Both the position numbers and the translations under genes were made by a program. This document shows positions 1 through 12,042 of a stretch of 64,000 nt of DNA, piece by piece (within the stretch, counting starts at the first letter, position 1; every line of letters begins with the position of its first letter). The notes beneath the pieces were generated by a model. The model worked only from the letters and a program-made list of their open reading frames with translations, was not told where the DNA came from and made no database searches. The DNA is taken from NCBI GenBank assembly GCA_973895155.1, contig OZ316893.1, positions 22,789,844-22,853,843 on the forward strand, given 5' to 3'. Source of the stretch: Marsupella aquatica (taxonomy: Eukaryota > Plantae > Marchantiophyta).

Positions 1-822
1 AAGAAAATGTCAAAACATCATGTAAACCTTGTGCATAGGTTGCATGAAGCAACTTAAAGATGGATGGTATGGTAGAAATTCCAACCTGAAAATATGAACT
101 ATATTGTCTTCACTTAGGAGTTCGCACTTTGCAATGGTTGCCACTACTCCGCGGTTCCCCCTATGTGTACTTTGTCATTTAGCATGGCTTGACTCTAAAC
201 TTTATGGTAGCTCTTATTGGTGTTAATATCAAGCTGAAACTCCTTATAGGCACCTATACAAGAACATCTGACACAAAACTGCCAGAGGGGTCCTAGTTTG
301 TAACAAAAGTTTGGTAAGGGCCTACCAAGTAAATTTGTTTAGGCAGGGGTCCTGTCAAGCATATACCCCACAAAAAGAGGATCTAACTAGTGGCGCAAAG
401 GGCAACACCTTGGGGGGACTAAAGTTCAAAAGTGCCCAGCACAATCATAGGAGCCCTTTTTGAATTCCATTCACAAAGAGAGGATGGAACTAGAGGCCAA
501 AAGCACAACACCAGGGGGGACTAAAGGTCAAAAGTGCCCAACACAACCAGGGGGGCCAGCAGCAGGACAAACATCAAGCTTTTCAAACAAAAGTCAGCCC
601 AAACAAGCTATTTAACTACTGAAGCAGGAGAAGCACACTCTATAAGACTGGCCACTGCTCAGGATCCAGCATTATAATATTTCTCCTTCCTTACATATTT
701 GTGTGGACAGTTTTACATCTCATTCCTCTTAAAAGGCAGAAAACACACCAATTTTACTAACAACAGCCAAACAAAGTAAACAGTGTTAACAAATTGGGTG
801 AAATAAAAGGTCATAGCTGTTG

Positions 823-2225
823 TTAACCCAAAGTAGAAGTAAATTCCTGAACCCACACAAGGTTGATGCATGAAACTCTTTGGAGGTCCCCGTGGAGATC
901 ATGACACAAGGTTGATTCATGAAACTCTGAGGAGGTCATCCGGTAGTGCTGTGAATTCAATGCTGTCTTACTCTGGTAGTACTCCAAGAGAACTGTGGAT
1001 GACTTAGTCGAGCAACACACATCCCCAACCCCTAGCCTTCTGGCAATTTCAGTCCCCGTATATATTACAATCCTGAATAGTTCAACTAAGAGATGATGCT
1101 CACGCACCTTGGATCCATGCCTAAATAAGACTTTACTCACCTTGATTTAGCATCATTGCAAGCAATCATTCTTTGGGCTCTCATCTGTATCTATTTGGAG
1201 GTGGGAAGTTAGTGTCAATGATTTTGTTCATATCACTGCAGCCCCCTAAAAGGTGAACTCTAGGGGGTTGTTATTACGGAGAAGGGAATCAAATCAAAAT
1301 TTTGCATGACTATCAATTCACTTGATGGTGATTGAACTGATAAGTATTAGCACCAAGAGTTGGAAAGGAAGGAATATCGGTTCATCCTTTGGGCTCTCAT
1401 CTTATATTGCTCTAGGGGTGAACTCAAGCAGCCTGTTTAATCTGGATTTTCAGCTTGTTGCTGATGGAAATGATGAGTATTTTAATGGAGGGTTTCAAAG
1501 GAAGGAGAAATGTGGTATTACTGGCTTTACTGGAAAGTAGGTGCAACTCTGAATGATGAAAAATCAACCAGGCTTTACTTCTTCTCTTGTGGTGGGAAGT
1601 ATGGTACTGATGCCAATTTTACCGGAAGAAGAGGATTTTTGGAAAAAGAAGCCTGGATAGACCATTTGGAGAGAGGAATTCCAGGCCAGATCTTGTGGGC
1701 TTTATAAGAGAGTGAGGCCACAGGCCTATCACTTGTGTTAGAGTACCTGATCCACAGGTCCATTGACATGCTTCCTCGCATGCTTCCTCGTATGCTTCCT
1801 GACCAAAAATAGTGGTCATGTAGTGCATTTAATACTTCTTTATGACACAGGGATGTGCGTTGCCTTGTGGTGACTGGCTGCCTGGATTGCCCACTTCCGG
1901 ACAGAATGAGAGGTCCTTTCAAAGTACCACCCCAAGAGGTGGTCCAAACTTTGACCCAAACTACACTGTCCCCATAAGCATTTTGGGGACCCACTCCATG
2001 TAGGATTGGGATATTTCTTGCACCTCTCAATTTCATGTATAGCAAAAGTGGAGTTATGAATTGACATGAACAATCACAATGGAATCTATAAGTAAACTTC
2101 TGGATGGACTGGTCTTCACTCCAAGTCCACATATTTGTACCTCTCAATTTCATGTAGAGCAAGAATGGACTGGTCAATTGATATGACGGGTCACGGGCAG
2201 ACAGAATGGTCTCTCCAAATGACAA
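823..2225 (-). pseudogene. Possible highly degraded DNA-transposase (MULE-like) remnant
   Basis: Broken minus-strand ORFs. Joining frames gives AIQAA..ATHI/LCHKEVLNALH, loosely like the MULE AI..VFP...H.LC.WH motif. No intact domain is visible. Confidence 0.2.
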
Positions 2226-2760
2226 AATTTTATTTTATTTTTGTCAATGAAGATAAATAATTTTGTTTGGGTCCACTCAATGTCCATTTCTTTCTCTGAT
2301 GTGAGTCCTGGTAGAATACTGTACATTGTGTGAAAATTGTCTAACCTGTGGTTGTGGGTTAAAGATGAATGGCCAGGATTGGTTCTTGAGTGCGTTGTTG
2401 AATGCATGCTTGCAAATGCTACAGTTTGACTGGAGTTGGGGGCCACCAATGTGGTCCCATTAGGGGGTCCCAAATATTTGTCTGGAGAGTTGGTTTTAGA
2501 GGATGGTGTAGTTAAATGTGCAGATGATCACCCTCAGCCTAGCCCACACACTCCTCCCAGTATGGGATTTTATCATTTCCCAGGCAGTGATACTTCTTTA
2601 TGGTCGGTCTACTGGCCAAATTTGAACTCAAACCATGCAGGGCCTTGTCGGCTCACTTTTCTTTATGAGTGCTCGGGGGAGAGATATAGTTGATGAACCC
2701 CCAAAATGAAAAATGCTACTTGATGGACCCCATGAGTGATCGAGATAGTTGATAGACCTT

Positions 2761-5434
2761 CCTTGAAAGAGACCATTTTATAAATTTTGATTGTTTCCCC
2801 CGCGAAAAACCCCACGGGAAGGGCGAACAGAGAAGGCCCAAAAAGGCCAGACAACAGACCCCGCCACAGGGTAACCCCCACGAGTGTAGGGGCAGACCAA
2901 GGGCACAGGCCCAACAAGCACAAAAAAGCACAGGGAAAAAGAGCCACATCAACCACCTACACATCACATGGGCAATGAATCACATCACAAACACCAGCCA
3001 GTCACATCCCAGTGACGATGCAGCCGCTGCCAAAAGAGAGCCAACCCCTACGCCTCTCATCAATCCAGGCTTTGGCCCTAAGAAGTCTGGTGCATTTCCT
3101 ACCCAGAAGAGAACGGCGACTAACCGCATACAGATTCTCAACCGCCTCAGTAAGAACCAGGCCCAAATCAAATGAGCGTCTGTCATGCAATTGGAACATA
3201 TGTGTGTTCCGCCCCATCCAAAGCAGCCACAGAATTTGATGCAAAACAAAAAGTTGTGCAACCTGCTTCTCATCTTTCCCACAAGCAGCCTCCAACAAGA
3301 CATTCAGACCACGACCGAATGGCATACCCAATCCACTAAGAAAAGCATGACATATGCTCCAGCTTCTAACTGCATGTGTACATCTGAAAAAAATATGGGG
3401 AATAGTCTCCAATACCCTGCAGCAAAGTTTGCAATCTCCATTGCTTACATCGATTCTGAGCACACGCTCTCCAGAGAAAAGACCCCCAACAATAGTTCTC
3501 CATATAAAGGTCTTGCCTCTGACTGGCAAATCAGAGCTCCATAGCTTGGTCCATCCCACATTCCAAACCAGCTCCGGTTGGGAGAGAGACCAAATCCTGT
3601 TAAGCCTCTCATGAGTAGAGGTCTTGGGTCTCAAAAAATCATATACTCGACAGTTCTCAATCCTGAAGTTCCTCAGACTGACTCCCGCGTTGTCACTCCA
3701 GCGCCATTGCTTGGCATACAGGAAGTATTCAGTACAACAGAAATTTGTGCTCCACAGATGCTCCAAGAAAGACCTGGCCAACAGCCAATGGTCAGCCGAA
3801 ATATTTCGAATGTTGTGCCATCTCAAAGGAAGGTCCTTCCAGCATCCGTCCTCCGCCGACCTCGGGGGGGTCACTATATGGAGGGTCATACATCGCGTGC
3901 GACGTTTTAGGGTTTGACCCCCCTAACTTTAAAGTGAAAAATATTTTTTTGCAAAGCCCTTTCTTTCTTAAAATTTTGTCATTTTTTATTAAAAAACCCC
4001 TAAAAACTTTATAGAAAGTATTTTTTGCAATTAAATAGGCCTATGTGTTCTTTAAAGTCGACCAATCAATAAAACATGCCCTATGTGTTCTTCCACCAAA
4101 CTTTGGAAGTCTTCCGCCACACCCATTTAAATGGGCCTATACTTCGTCGCACGTGATGTGTCACTTCCGTGGAAGTGACCCCCCCGAGCCGCCGACCATC
4201 CATCCCCAACAGTCCTCATTCCCAGTCTGCCACAAATCGCAGCAATAGTCGTAATAGTCGCATTGGGCAGCGAATTGAAGCCAACCATGCATCTAAGAGT
4301 GTCAGTGATGCTCCACCTCGCTGGCGGTCCCATTCGTCCAGGTTCAAATGAAAGATGAGCCCTAACCAGTTCCCAACTCTTCCACAAACCTGCCGTGTAA
4401 GGTAGACCACTAAATGAACGAGGTGAACAGAGTAAGAGTTGGTCTTGGAAGGAATAGCCATTTCTTCTAATAACCTTATAGTTCATCCATCCCATCAACG
4501 ATAAGTTTGCTGCCAACATCCGAGACCATTCCAGCTCCGGGGAATTAAGTGCCTTAGTGAACCATTGTGAAAGCAGAGCATCAGAGTGGCTACGAAAATC
4601 CCTGAATCCTAGTCCACCCTCCACCCTTGGACGTGCCATCCTATCCCAAGCCACCAGAGGAATTTTCTTGCTAATCCAGCTGAGGCTTTGCAGTACATAA
4701 CATGATAAATAGGGATAACAAGCAAGACTTGCTTCACAAGCAGGGAACATCCGGTGAAAGAGAGTAACTTGTTTGACCATGCTGACAGCCTAGAGCTGAT
4801 CTTATCGAGGCAGAACTTGTGGAGTTGCTCTGAACGCAGCCCCACTCCCAATGGAGCACTAAGGTACTTTTGAATCTCCCCTCTCCCGCTAATAAGGCAA
4901 CCTGTTTTTCTCAGCCACTCTGGTACAATCTCCATAGCCAAGGGAATCACCACTGATTTCTCCAGATTCAGCTTCACACCGGTGGTTGTCTCATAGCATT
5001 CCAGGGCAGTTTTTGTATCCTCAAAATCCTGTTTTGTAGCCGGGATAAACATCCCCACGTCATCCGCAAAGAGTCTATAGCAAATCTTGAAATCCTTTGT
5101 AATCTGCAACCCATTTAATCGTCCTCCTTCCATCTCCGCAGCAAGAAAATCCATGAGTGGCTGCGTGGAAATCACAAAAAGCAGCGGCGACAGGGGGCAG
5201 CCCTGTCGAACACCACGTTTCAGCTCAAAGGGGTTAGAGAGGAAGCCATTCACCAGAGCACGAGAAGAAGCCTGTGCCAGCAACGCTTTTACTAACATAA
5301 TAAATCGTCCACTAATCCCTAACAAGTGCATGCAATCCCAAATATAATCCTGACAAACTCTGTCAAACGCCTTCTCAAAATCAAGCTTCAAGAACAAGGC
5401 TTCTCTCTTCCGGTTGTGCACCCAATCACAGTAC
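2761..5434 (-). mobile_element. 5'-truncated L1-type LINE retrotransposon (partial ORF2: RT + zf-RVT), frameshifted and interrupted by a MITE
   Basis: ORF 4609-5463 has the RT motifs FLKLDFEKAFDRV, RGVRQGCPLSPLLF and YRLFADDV. ORF 4127-4780 has VAWDRMARPRVEGGLGFRDF. ORF 3002-3889 has the zf-RVT motif CKLCCRVLETIPHIFFRC. Short A-rich tail near 2776. Candidate 12-bp TSD TTGATAGACCTT at 2749-2760 and 5435-5446. Confidence 0.9.
3861..4188. mobile_element. MITE (328 bp) with CTCGGGGG.. TIRs and an 8-bp TSD, inserted in the LINE
   Basis: Ends are CTCGGGGGGGTCACT and AGTGACCCCCCCGAG. TSD CCGCCGAC at 3853-3860 and 4189-4196. A related copy lies at 31126-31422. Confidence 0.92.
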
Positions 5435-5616
5435 TTGATAGACCTTAAAATCAACTTACCCAAAACCTCATGGGTCTGTCAAGTATACCTTTTGTGGTTG
5501 GGGCATCCTTCAATAATCAGGGACGTCACTAAATATATGATAAGATTCTATCACCACCCGCGACAGCCGTTGAAGTTACAAATTAACAGCCAGGCTTAAT
5601 TCTTGAATTAATAATA

Positions 5617-5981
5617 GGGCATCTCAAATATAGTCCCTGGGTCTCATGGCAGTACGAGTGTAGATTTGGAGGGGCATGTGCAAAAAATGTGTAGCACTCC
5701 CTGAGCCTAGCCCGCACCCTCATGGCCCCAGGATTTCACCATTTCTTGATAGCCAGTTCCCCCCAACAGCGGCCTGGCTGTCATGGGACCAGGCACGGGA
5801 CTGAAAAACAATTACTCCAAAGGCCTCTAGACAAATCAAAACATCATCCGCAAACAAATTAACTCAAACAGTCTCTACACCAATTGAAATCATCCAGGGT
5901 CAAGTCCATTGCGGGCACTGACCCTATTTTACTAGATTATAGCAAAATGGGTCTATATTGGGGTCTATATTTGAGACTCCC
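5617..5981. mobile_element. MITE (365 bp), PIF/Harbinger (Tourist)-like
   Basis: Left end GGGCATCTCAAATATAGTCCC. Reverse complement of the right end is GGGAGTCTCAAATATAGACCC. TA on both flanks. Confidence 0.7.
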
Positions 5982-6279
5982 TACTACATGGTAGGCATGG
6001 GTGAGGCAGACCTCAGTTTGAGCCCCCTAATTTTTTGGGCCCTACTTCTACAACCACTTTTGTGGGTCAGCTCTCGCCACCAAAAAATAGAAGCTACCAT
6101 TAGAATCTTTCAGCTAAGACCGTCGATAGCCAAGATGAACGGCGAGGATGTATTGCTGAAGGTATGCTCGTCAAATGCGACACGAATGACGGGAGTTGGG
6201 GCCCACTCTTCTGGGGGGCCCCGTAACAAAGGAAGACCAGCTATGGAGAATGGAGATGGCGGTTCATGAAGTTTGACAG

Positions 6280-6357
6280 TTTCGGGAGGGGGAATTGGAG
6301 GGGACAGGTGACACACACTTTCGGGAGGGGGAATTGGAGGGGACAGGTGACACACAC
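6280..6357. repeat. Perfect 39-bp tandem duplication
   Basis: TTTCGGGAGGGGGAATTGGAGGGGACAGGTGACACACAC twice (6280-6318, 6319-6357). Confidence 0.9.
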
Positions 6358-6975
6358 GCAAGAGACGCATCAACTGATCAACATTGTTTAGATCTGCGGG
6401 AGAGAGCTACAGTCCTCATCCACTGCACTTGACTTGACTTGAGGTTTCAGTTAGTGCAAGCAACGCCAATTCAGCAGGACTGGACGCAAGACTGAGCAAA
6501 ACTGTGGTCGCTGGACTGACTGCTGAGCCCAGAGTCCATAGTGGCACAGGCTGGCTTCTGCAGCTCTCTCCCGCAGATCTCTCTGCTCTTTTTGGTGCGG
6601 ATTTTGAGCTGGCGCAGGACGTGGACTGGTGAAGAACGGTTGCTTTGAAAAGTGGTGGGTGAGTTGTGCAGCCAGTCGATTGTTTGTTGGTTGCTGCCTT
6701 TGAGCTCCGAGGGGGGCACCACCACCAAATAACGAGAAAATCAAGGTGGAAGGAAACGATTTGCCGATAGTTGGAGTTGGTCAGTGACAGGGATTCCGTT
6801 GCAGGAGAGGTTCTCTCACCAAGTGGAAGGAAGGACTCGTTAGGATTTGGGAATCAAGAGCTCGAATTGGAAGTCAAGTGGGAGGACGTCAGATTGGAAA
6901 GACTAGCTGGTGGCCCGCTGTTGCGTTTGAATAAGATACAAAGGGATTTCCTACAGGACGGAAAGGGAAGGGAAG

Positions 6976-7401
6976 ATGGGACGTTTTGGGATGCAGAGAT
7001 GTGCCGGTTTCGTGGTGGTGCTGTCGCTTTCAATGTTGGTGTTCTTCAATCAGCACTCTGCCGCCTTCGACTGGACAACAACCTCTTCTTCTTCAGCCTC
7101 TCTTTCCATGGCCGCCGGCTCCAATTCCTACGGCATCGAAGGTCTGCATCAAGGTAATATGGTAGTTGGTGAGGAGACGAAGAGGAGACGGCTACAGCAG
7201 GTAACCCCTGCTCCTGCTCCAGGACCTTCAGCTGCGGGCAGTGGACAATACATCGGTTATGGTGTGCTAACAGCAGGTTACGTCCCCTGCCCACCTCAGA
7301 CCGGACGGTCCTACTATACTTCGTCTTGCCAGTCTGCCTCTGGACCAGTCAACCCTTACACTAGAGGCTGCTCCACCATCACCTTGTGTGCAAGGGGTTA
7401 G
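6976..7401 (+). CDS. RALF: RALF-like (rapid alkalinization factor) peptide precursor, 141 aa, intronless
   Basis: Hydrophobic signal peptide and basic RRRL processing site. YIGYGVL (YISY-type motif) and a four-Cys domain VPCPPQTGRSYY..C....PVNPYTRGCSTITLCARG. Confidence 0.93.
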   Translation: MGRFGMQRCAGFVVVLSLSMLVFFNQHSAAFDWTTTSSSSASLSMAAGSNSYGIEGLHQGNMVVGEETKRRRLQQVTPAPAPGPSAAGSGQYIGYGVLTAGYVPCPPQTGRSYYTSSCQSASGPVNPYTRGCSTITLCARG

Positions 7402-9855
7402 GCGTACCCACTGGGTCGGATCATTTTTTCGTGTGTAATGTATGGAGTAGGGATGCATATTTCTTCCTCTCCATGACATTGCAAAGTCACGCATCATCAG
7501 CATGATCGTTGGACTGCGTTTGTGCTTCGAAGCTCTCCTTCTTGGTTATGATTGGATTCGTGAGCTACATGATGTCCCATGAGCTTTTAGGTGCTGAGCC
7601 ACTAGCTGAGTCGCTATACAGTATGATCATACTTAAGAACTTATATCCATCGATCGATGGACATGCAGCCGAGGGACTTGCCTCTGTTTATGGGATCCCA
7701 TTATTTGCGAGGTTATCTAGATTCGATAACCTTGTTGGAGGATTAGTTCTGTGAAGGAAAGCTACTGTTCTTAAATGTTGTGAACGCACATGAATGATGA
7801 TGGTGCCAACGATTTTTTCAAGTTCAGTGAGACAAATGAAAATTCCAATTGAAATTATGGTGGGTTGTGGAGCACGGCTTTGTCTTCTGCTATTGGACAG
7901 TCCTCGGTGCCGTAGCGTACCCATCGGGCCTGCATGTTGCTAATTTGTTCATAGTAACTATTCAGGCAGCCTTAAGTAAGCCTTAGCTATAGTTGGAGAT
8001 AATGGTCTTAATTAGCTAAGGTCCTCGTCAATCCCTGAAGCAATACTTTGATCTACGGTTTAAAGTGCTCACTCTAGAAATCCTTTCTCTTAAAGGCAAT
8101 AGGTTCTATTCGTTTGGATATGCATCAATGAGAGTGTGTACTGAGGTTGACTCGAAAAGGATTGAGAAAGGGTTCGAGAAATTTGCCTTGAGCTGTTGCT
8201 GGTCTACAGGTGAATCCCCCTTTACAGTTAGCCATCAGAATTGCACTAAGGGCTCTTTTCTTCTTATCATTCCTGCTGCAGTTGGCTTTACCAGAATTCA
8301 GGGGCCCATTTAGGTATAGTGTCTACGGATCCAACAAGGCAAGTAGCTGGCCCAAGTAAACGCTGAATGAAGTTCTTTATCCTGTCTTTAACATAGATCA
8401 ATTTAGACCACTTCCAGAAGTGGTCTAAACATTTCCAAACTTAGCTTCCTTCATACAAAGGCATACAATGAATGTTATTTGAAAAGATTATGGGTCTGGA
8501 GTCTGTCCTTAGAACAAGAAGTGGCCCTCCAGTTTTCTTGCCTCAAATCGCAGTGTCAGTTCTCTTTTTGAATATTTGAAACCTTTTCCACAATTGGTTG
8601 TTGAAAAGAATCTTCCTTTCCGTGAGTAGTTTATTTTATAGACGTTCTCTTTCCAGGGTCTCAATAACCACACTTGGGCTGCTGGTTTGGGAGTACTTTC
8701 ATGCGGTAATTGTCGCCATGGCTCGTTGGTTTTCTTGAAGTTCATGATTGTTACATCACACCTTTCGACGGGCCCACATAGTGATGGAACACCTGACATT
8801 CATGAAGGAGAAAGAAAACCTCTCAAGCAGAGACACCTAAGCCTCAATGATGGAAAGTTGAAAGTCAGGAGGATACGGGGCCCATGATTTGAACGTCTCC
8901 TTCGAAAATCTATTTTAATATTGTTTTGTACTAGTGACGATCGTCTGGTCATGTCATCAGTAGCGTGAAAACCTGTTTGCATGGATGTCTCGGTCTGTGT
9001 AGTGGTCTGTTTCGTATCTAGCTTGAAGGGTTTGTAGGGCATCTAAGTCACTGAAATGACTGTTCACATGCACTTGATCTTCTGTGCGAATAAACGGTGA
9101 CGTCATCCACTTTCCATGCGACCAGTTAGTGTCATGAATGTGTTACCTGTGGCCCGTTCACCAGAGCACCGAGTGAAGACTTGGAACGGCTTGAAAACCT
9201 GTCTCAAGTATTCCTCAAATTTGTAGGACGAAAGTGGACAATACACATTTCTTGAAGCGAAAAACGGATTTCGCATTATGGATCACGCGAATGAAAACAG
9301 GTTCAGGATTTTCACATGCTACAATTCCTCATTTCTATGTAGCGCAGTAGTCAATCCCAAAATTAGACAACACAGGCAGCAGTGACTGTACTCTGTGTTT
9401 GGCATTATCAAGCTTGAATCATGGAGCCTGAGATGGGTACAATGTGTGGACCGATCCCATCTATTTAAAGCTTCAACCTGGTACGTCTCTGATGAAACCT
9501 TCACTCCTGGTCGACCAAATTGTAAAGTGATCATGAATTCACATTTGGTTCTAGAGAAATATTAATCCGACTGAAGGCAAGGCAGTACTGTACCGATCTT
9601 CCCACAAAACCCATTTAACGTATGAAGTTTGCTCCGAGACTCTTTCTGTAACGGGACTACCGGTAGTCTGGATGTACATTATCTTTTGCTCTGGATCAAT
9701 TGGACCCTAGATCCCATCTAGTTCTGTCATGTCCAGATCTTTGGAATGTTACAAAATCTGAGGGTAGACGAGAGTATGAGTGGGAGGCCACTTTCTATAG
9801 GGTTTCGCCAAGTAGGGTTGGCGAAAGTTGAAATATGATGTTGGGAGATATAGTA

Positions 9856-11141
9856 GGGTGTCTTAAAACCGGCAGTGGTTGGAAGCTCTTAATTTATGTC
9901 TATTATGTGACACTCTTTATAGGACCAGTTAAAGATTTCAAAAATTGGGGTAGGCAACATTGACCTGCCCCATAAGTTAGGGGTTACATAACTAATATCT
10001 CTTTTCTTTTATTCTTGGTTAGTGGCCACCCCAAATACACCAGCCAGCACCACATCAGGCCCAAACCAGCCATCACTACATCAGGTCTAAAGCCCATGTA
10101 CCTTCATTGGAGCTTTCTGGATTTCCGGGTTTGTACCTAGAGTGATAGAAAAGTTGTTAGGTTATCGTTCAAATGTGAGCGCAGGTCTTTCCTTACTGTT
10201 GTGGAAGATCAGCTTCCACAACTTCTATGAGAGTTCCCATAACTCTTGTAACTAAGACATTATCCTGGTGTATCCTTACTGTTGTGGAAGATCAGCTTCC
10301 ACAACTTCTATGAGAGTTCCCATAACTCTTGTAACTAAGACATTATCCTGGTGTAGTTGAGCTTCGAGATTCCCTAGTAGGGAGAGGTGTGTCTAATTTG
10401 CAAAGTTAGATCATCCTGGATTTAAGGAATACTATTGGATTTGGCAATGAGGTTCTCAAACAAGTAAAATGCCGGAATTATTGAGTACAATTGTAGTTGG
10501 CAATGAGGTTGTCAAAAAGTAAGGAATGCGGCTAATATGGTTCAATCATAAAATCTCATCTGTTTTTCTTTACAAGGTAGCAACCAGATTTTGTGGATTT
10601 GGCAAAAATTCACAAATAAATGATAGGCCAGGTGACTTCTTTGTTATTAAGAAGTATTCTTATACCAAACTGAGCCAGGATATTATCTGGGATGTCTCCC
10701 ATTTAGAAAAACTTTTTCCTGTCTGTGAGTCTTTATAATCATTTTTCCTTTATCAATATTCAAAACCAAACAAAAATCAATGCTAGTAGTAAATATTGTG
10801 TACACATCACATATCTAACTCTGTGGCTGCCACCCTCCCACCACCGCCCCCCCCCCCCCCCCACCCCACCCCAAATAAAATAAATAAAAATTAAAATAAA
10901 ATAAAATGTGGTGTGACATTTGACTCTACTCCCATTTACCAATTATTGCAGTGGTGATGGTTTCCTTCAAGAATTGTTGATGCCCTTCAAAAGAATGACG
11001 GTGGTACCCATCTCAAACTGAAAATCTCTGGGCTAAGTCTGCCCCAATGTTGGCTTTTGGTCAGGGCCATGGACACAATTTACAAATTATTCATAGGGGT
11101 TGACAGTAAGAAATCCGGGAAAAAGCTGGTTTGAGACACCC
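9856..11141. mobile_element. Non-autonomous TIR DNA transposon (~1.29 kb)
   Basis: Left end GGGTGTCTTAAAACCGGC. Reverse complement of the right end is GGGTGTCTCAAACCAGC. TA on both flanks, no coding capacity. Confidence 0.55.
10190..10355. repeat. Perfect 83-bp tandem duplication, each unit containing a 10-bp-stem hairpin
   Basis: Units 10190-10272 and 10273-10355 are identical. Each holds GTTGTGGAAG-atcag-CTTCCACAAC. Confidence 0.9.
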
Positions 11142-11339
11142 TATTTTAAGAAGCTTTGCTGCGGATATGAAGCTGCCTGCTGGCCTGCCAGCCAGCCAAT
11201 TAGCCAACCGGCCAGCTACATCAAAGAGCATAGACTGACCACAGGGTCTGACCACACAAGATGGACAGAGCAACTTTTGAGACCTATACAATTGAAAGAT
11301 ACTATAAGAGTTCACAGCAATCTTTTAAAAACAGTCCAT

Positions 11340-12042
11340 CCAGACCACGTGGGAGAAGGTCCATTCAAGTTTCCTGTCAAATTTTGTGATCCATTTGGGC
11401 TTCTTAATATTCCAGACCACGTTGTTGTGGTTCATTGAAGATTCCTGTCAAATATTGTGATCCATTTGAGCTTCTTAATACCAGACCACTGTTGTAGTGG
11501 TCCATTTAAGTTTCCTGTCAAGTATTGTGATCCATTTGGGCTTGTTAATTCCAGACCACGTTGAGGTGGTTCATTGAAGTTTCCTGTCAAAGATTGTGAT
11601 CCATTTGGGCTTCTTAATTCTAGGCCACATTGTAGTCGCCCATTAAAGTTTCCTGTCAAATATTTGTATCCATTTGGGCTTCTTAATATTCCAGACCACA
11701 TTGTAGTGGTCCATTCAAGTTTCCTGTCATATATTGTGATCCATTTGGGAGTTCTTAGTATTCCATACCACGTTGTTGTGGTTCATTAAAGGTTCCTGTC
11801 AGATATTGTGATCCATTTGGGCTTCTTAATTCTAGGCCACATTGTAGTCGTCCATTGAAGTTTCCTGTCAACTATTTGTATCCATTTGGGCTTCTTAATA
11901 TTCCAGACCACGTTGAAGTACTCCATTCAAGTTTCCTGTCAAATTTTGTGATCCATTGTGGCTTCTTTAATATTCCAGACCACGTTGTAGTGGTCCATTC
12001 AAGTTTCCTGTCAAACATTGTGGTCCATTGGGGCTTTCTTAA
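11340..12042. repeat. Tandem minisatellite, 10 units of 69-72 bp
   Basis: Consensus CCAGACCACGTTGTAGTGGTCCATTCAAGTTTCCTGTCAAATATTGTGATCCATTTGGGCTTCTTAATATT. Unit starts are about 11340, 11412, 11481, 11551, 11620, 11691, 11763, 11832, 11903 and 11975. Confidence 0.95.

Noticed and set aside
368-549. ~104-bp-period imperfect duplication
   Set aside because: Real but ordinary: two diverged copies in repeat-derived DNA with no other signal.
11340-12042. CRISPR-like regularly spaced palindromic repeats
   Set aside because: The whole 70-bp unit repeats, there are no unique spacers or cas genes, and the context is eukaryotic. It is a satellite.
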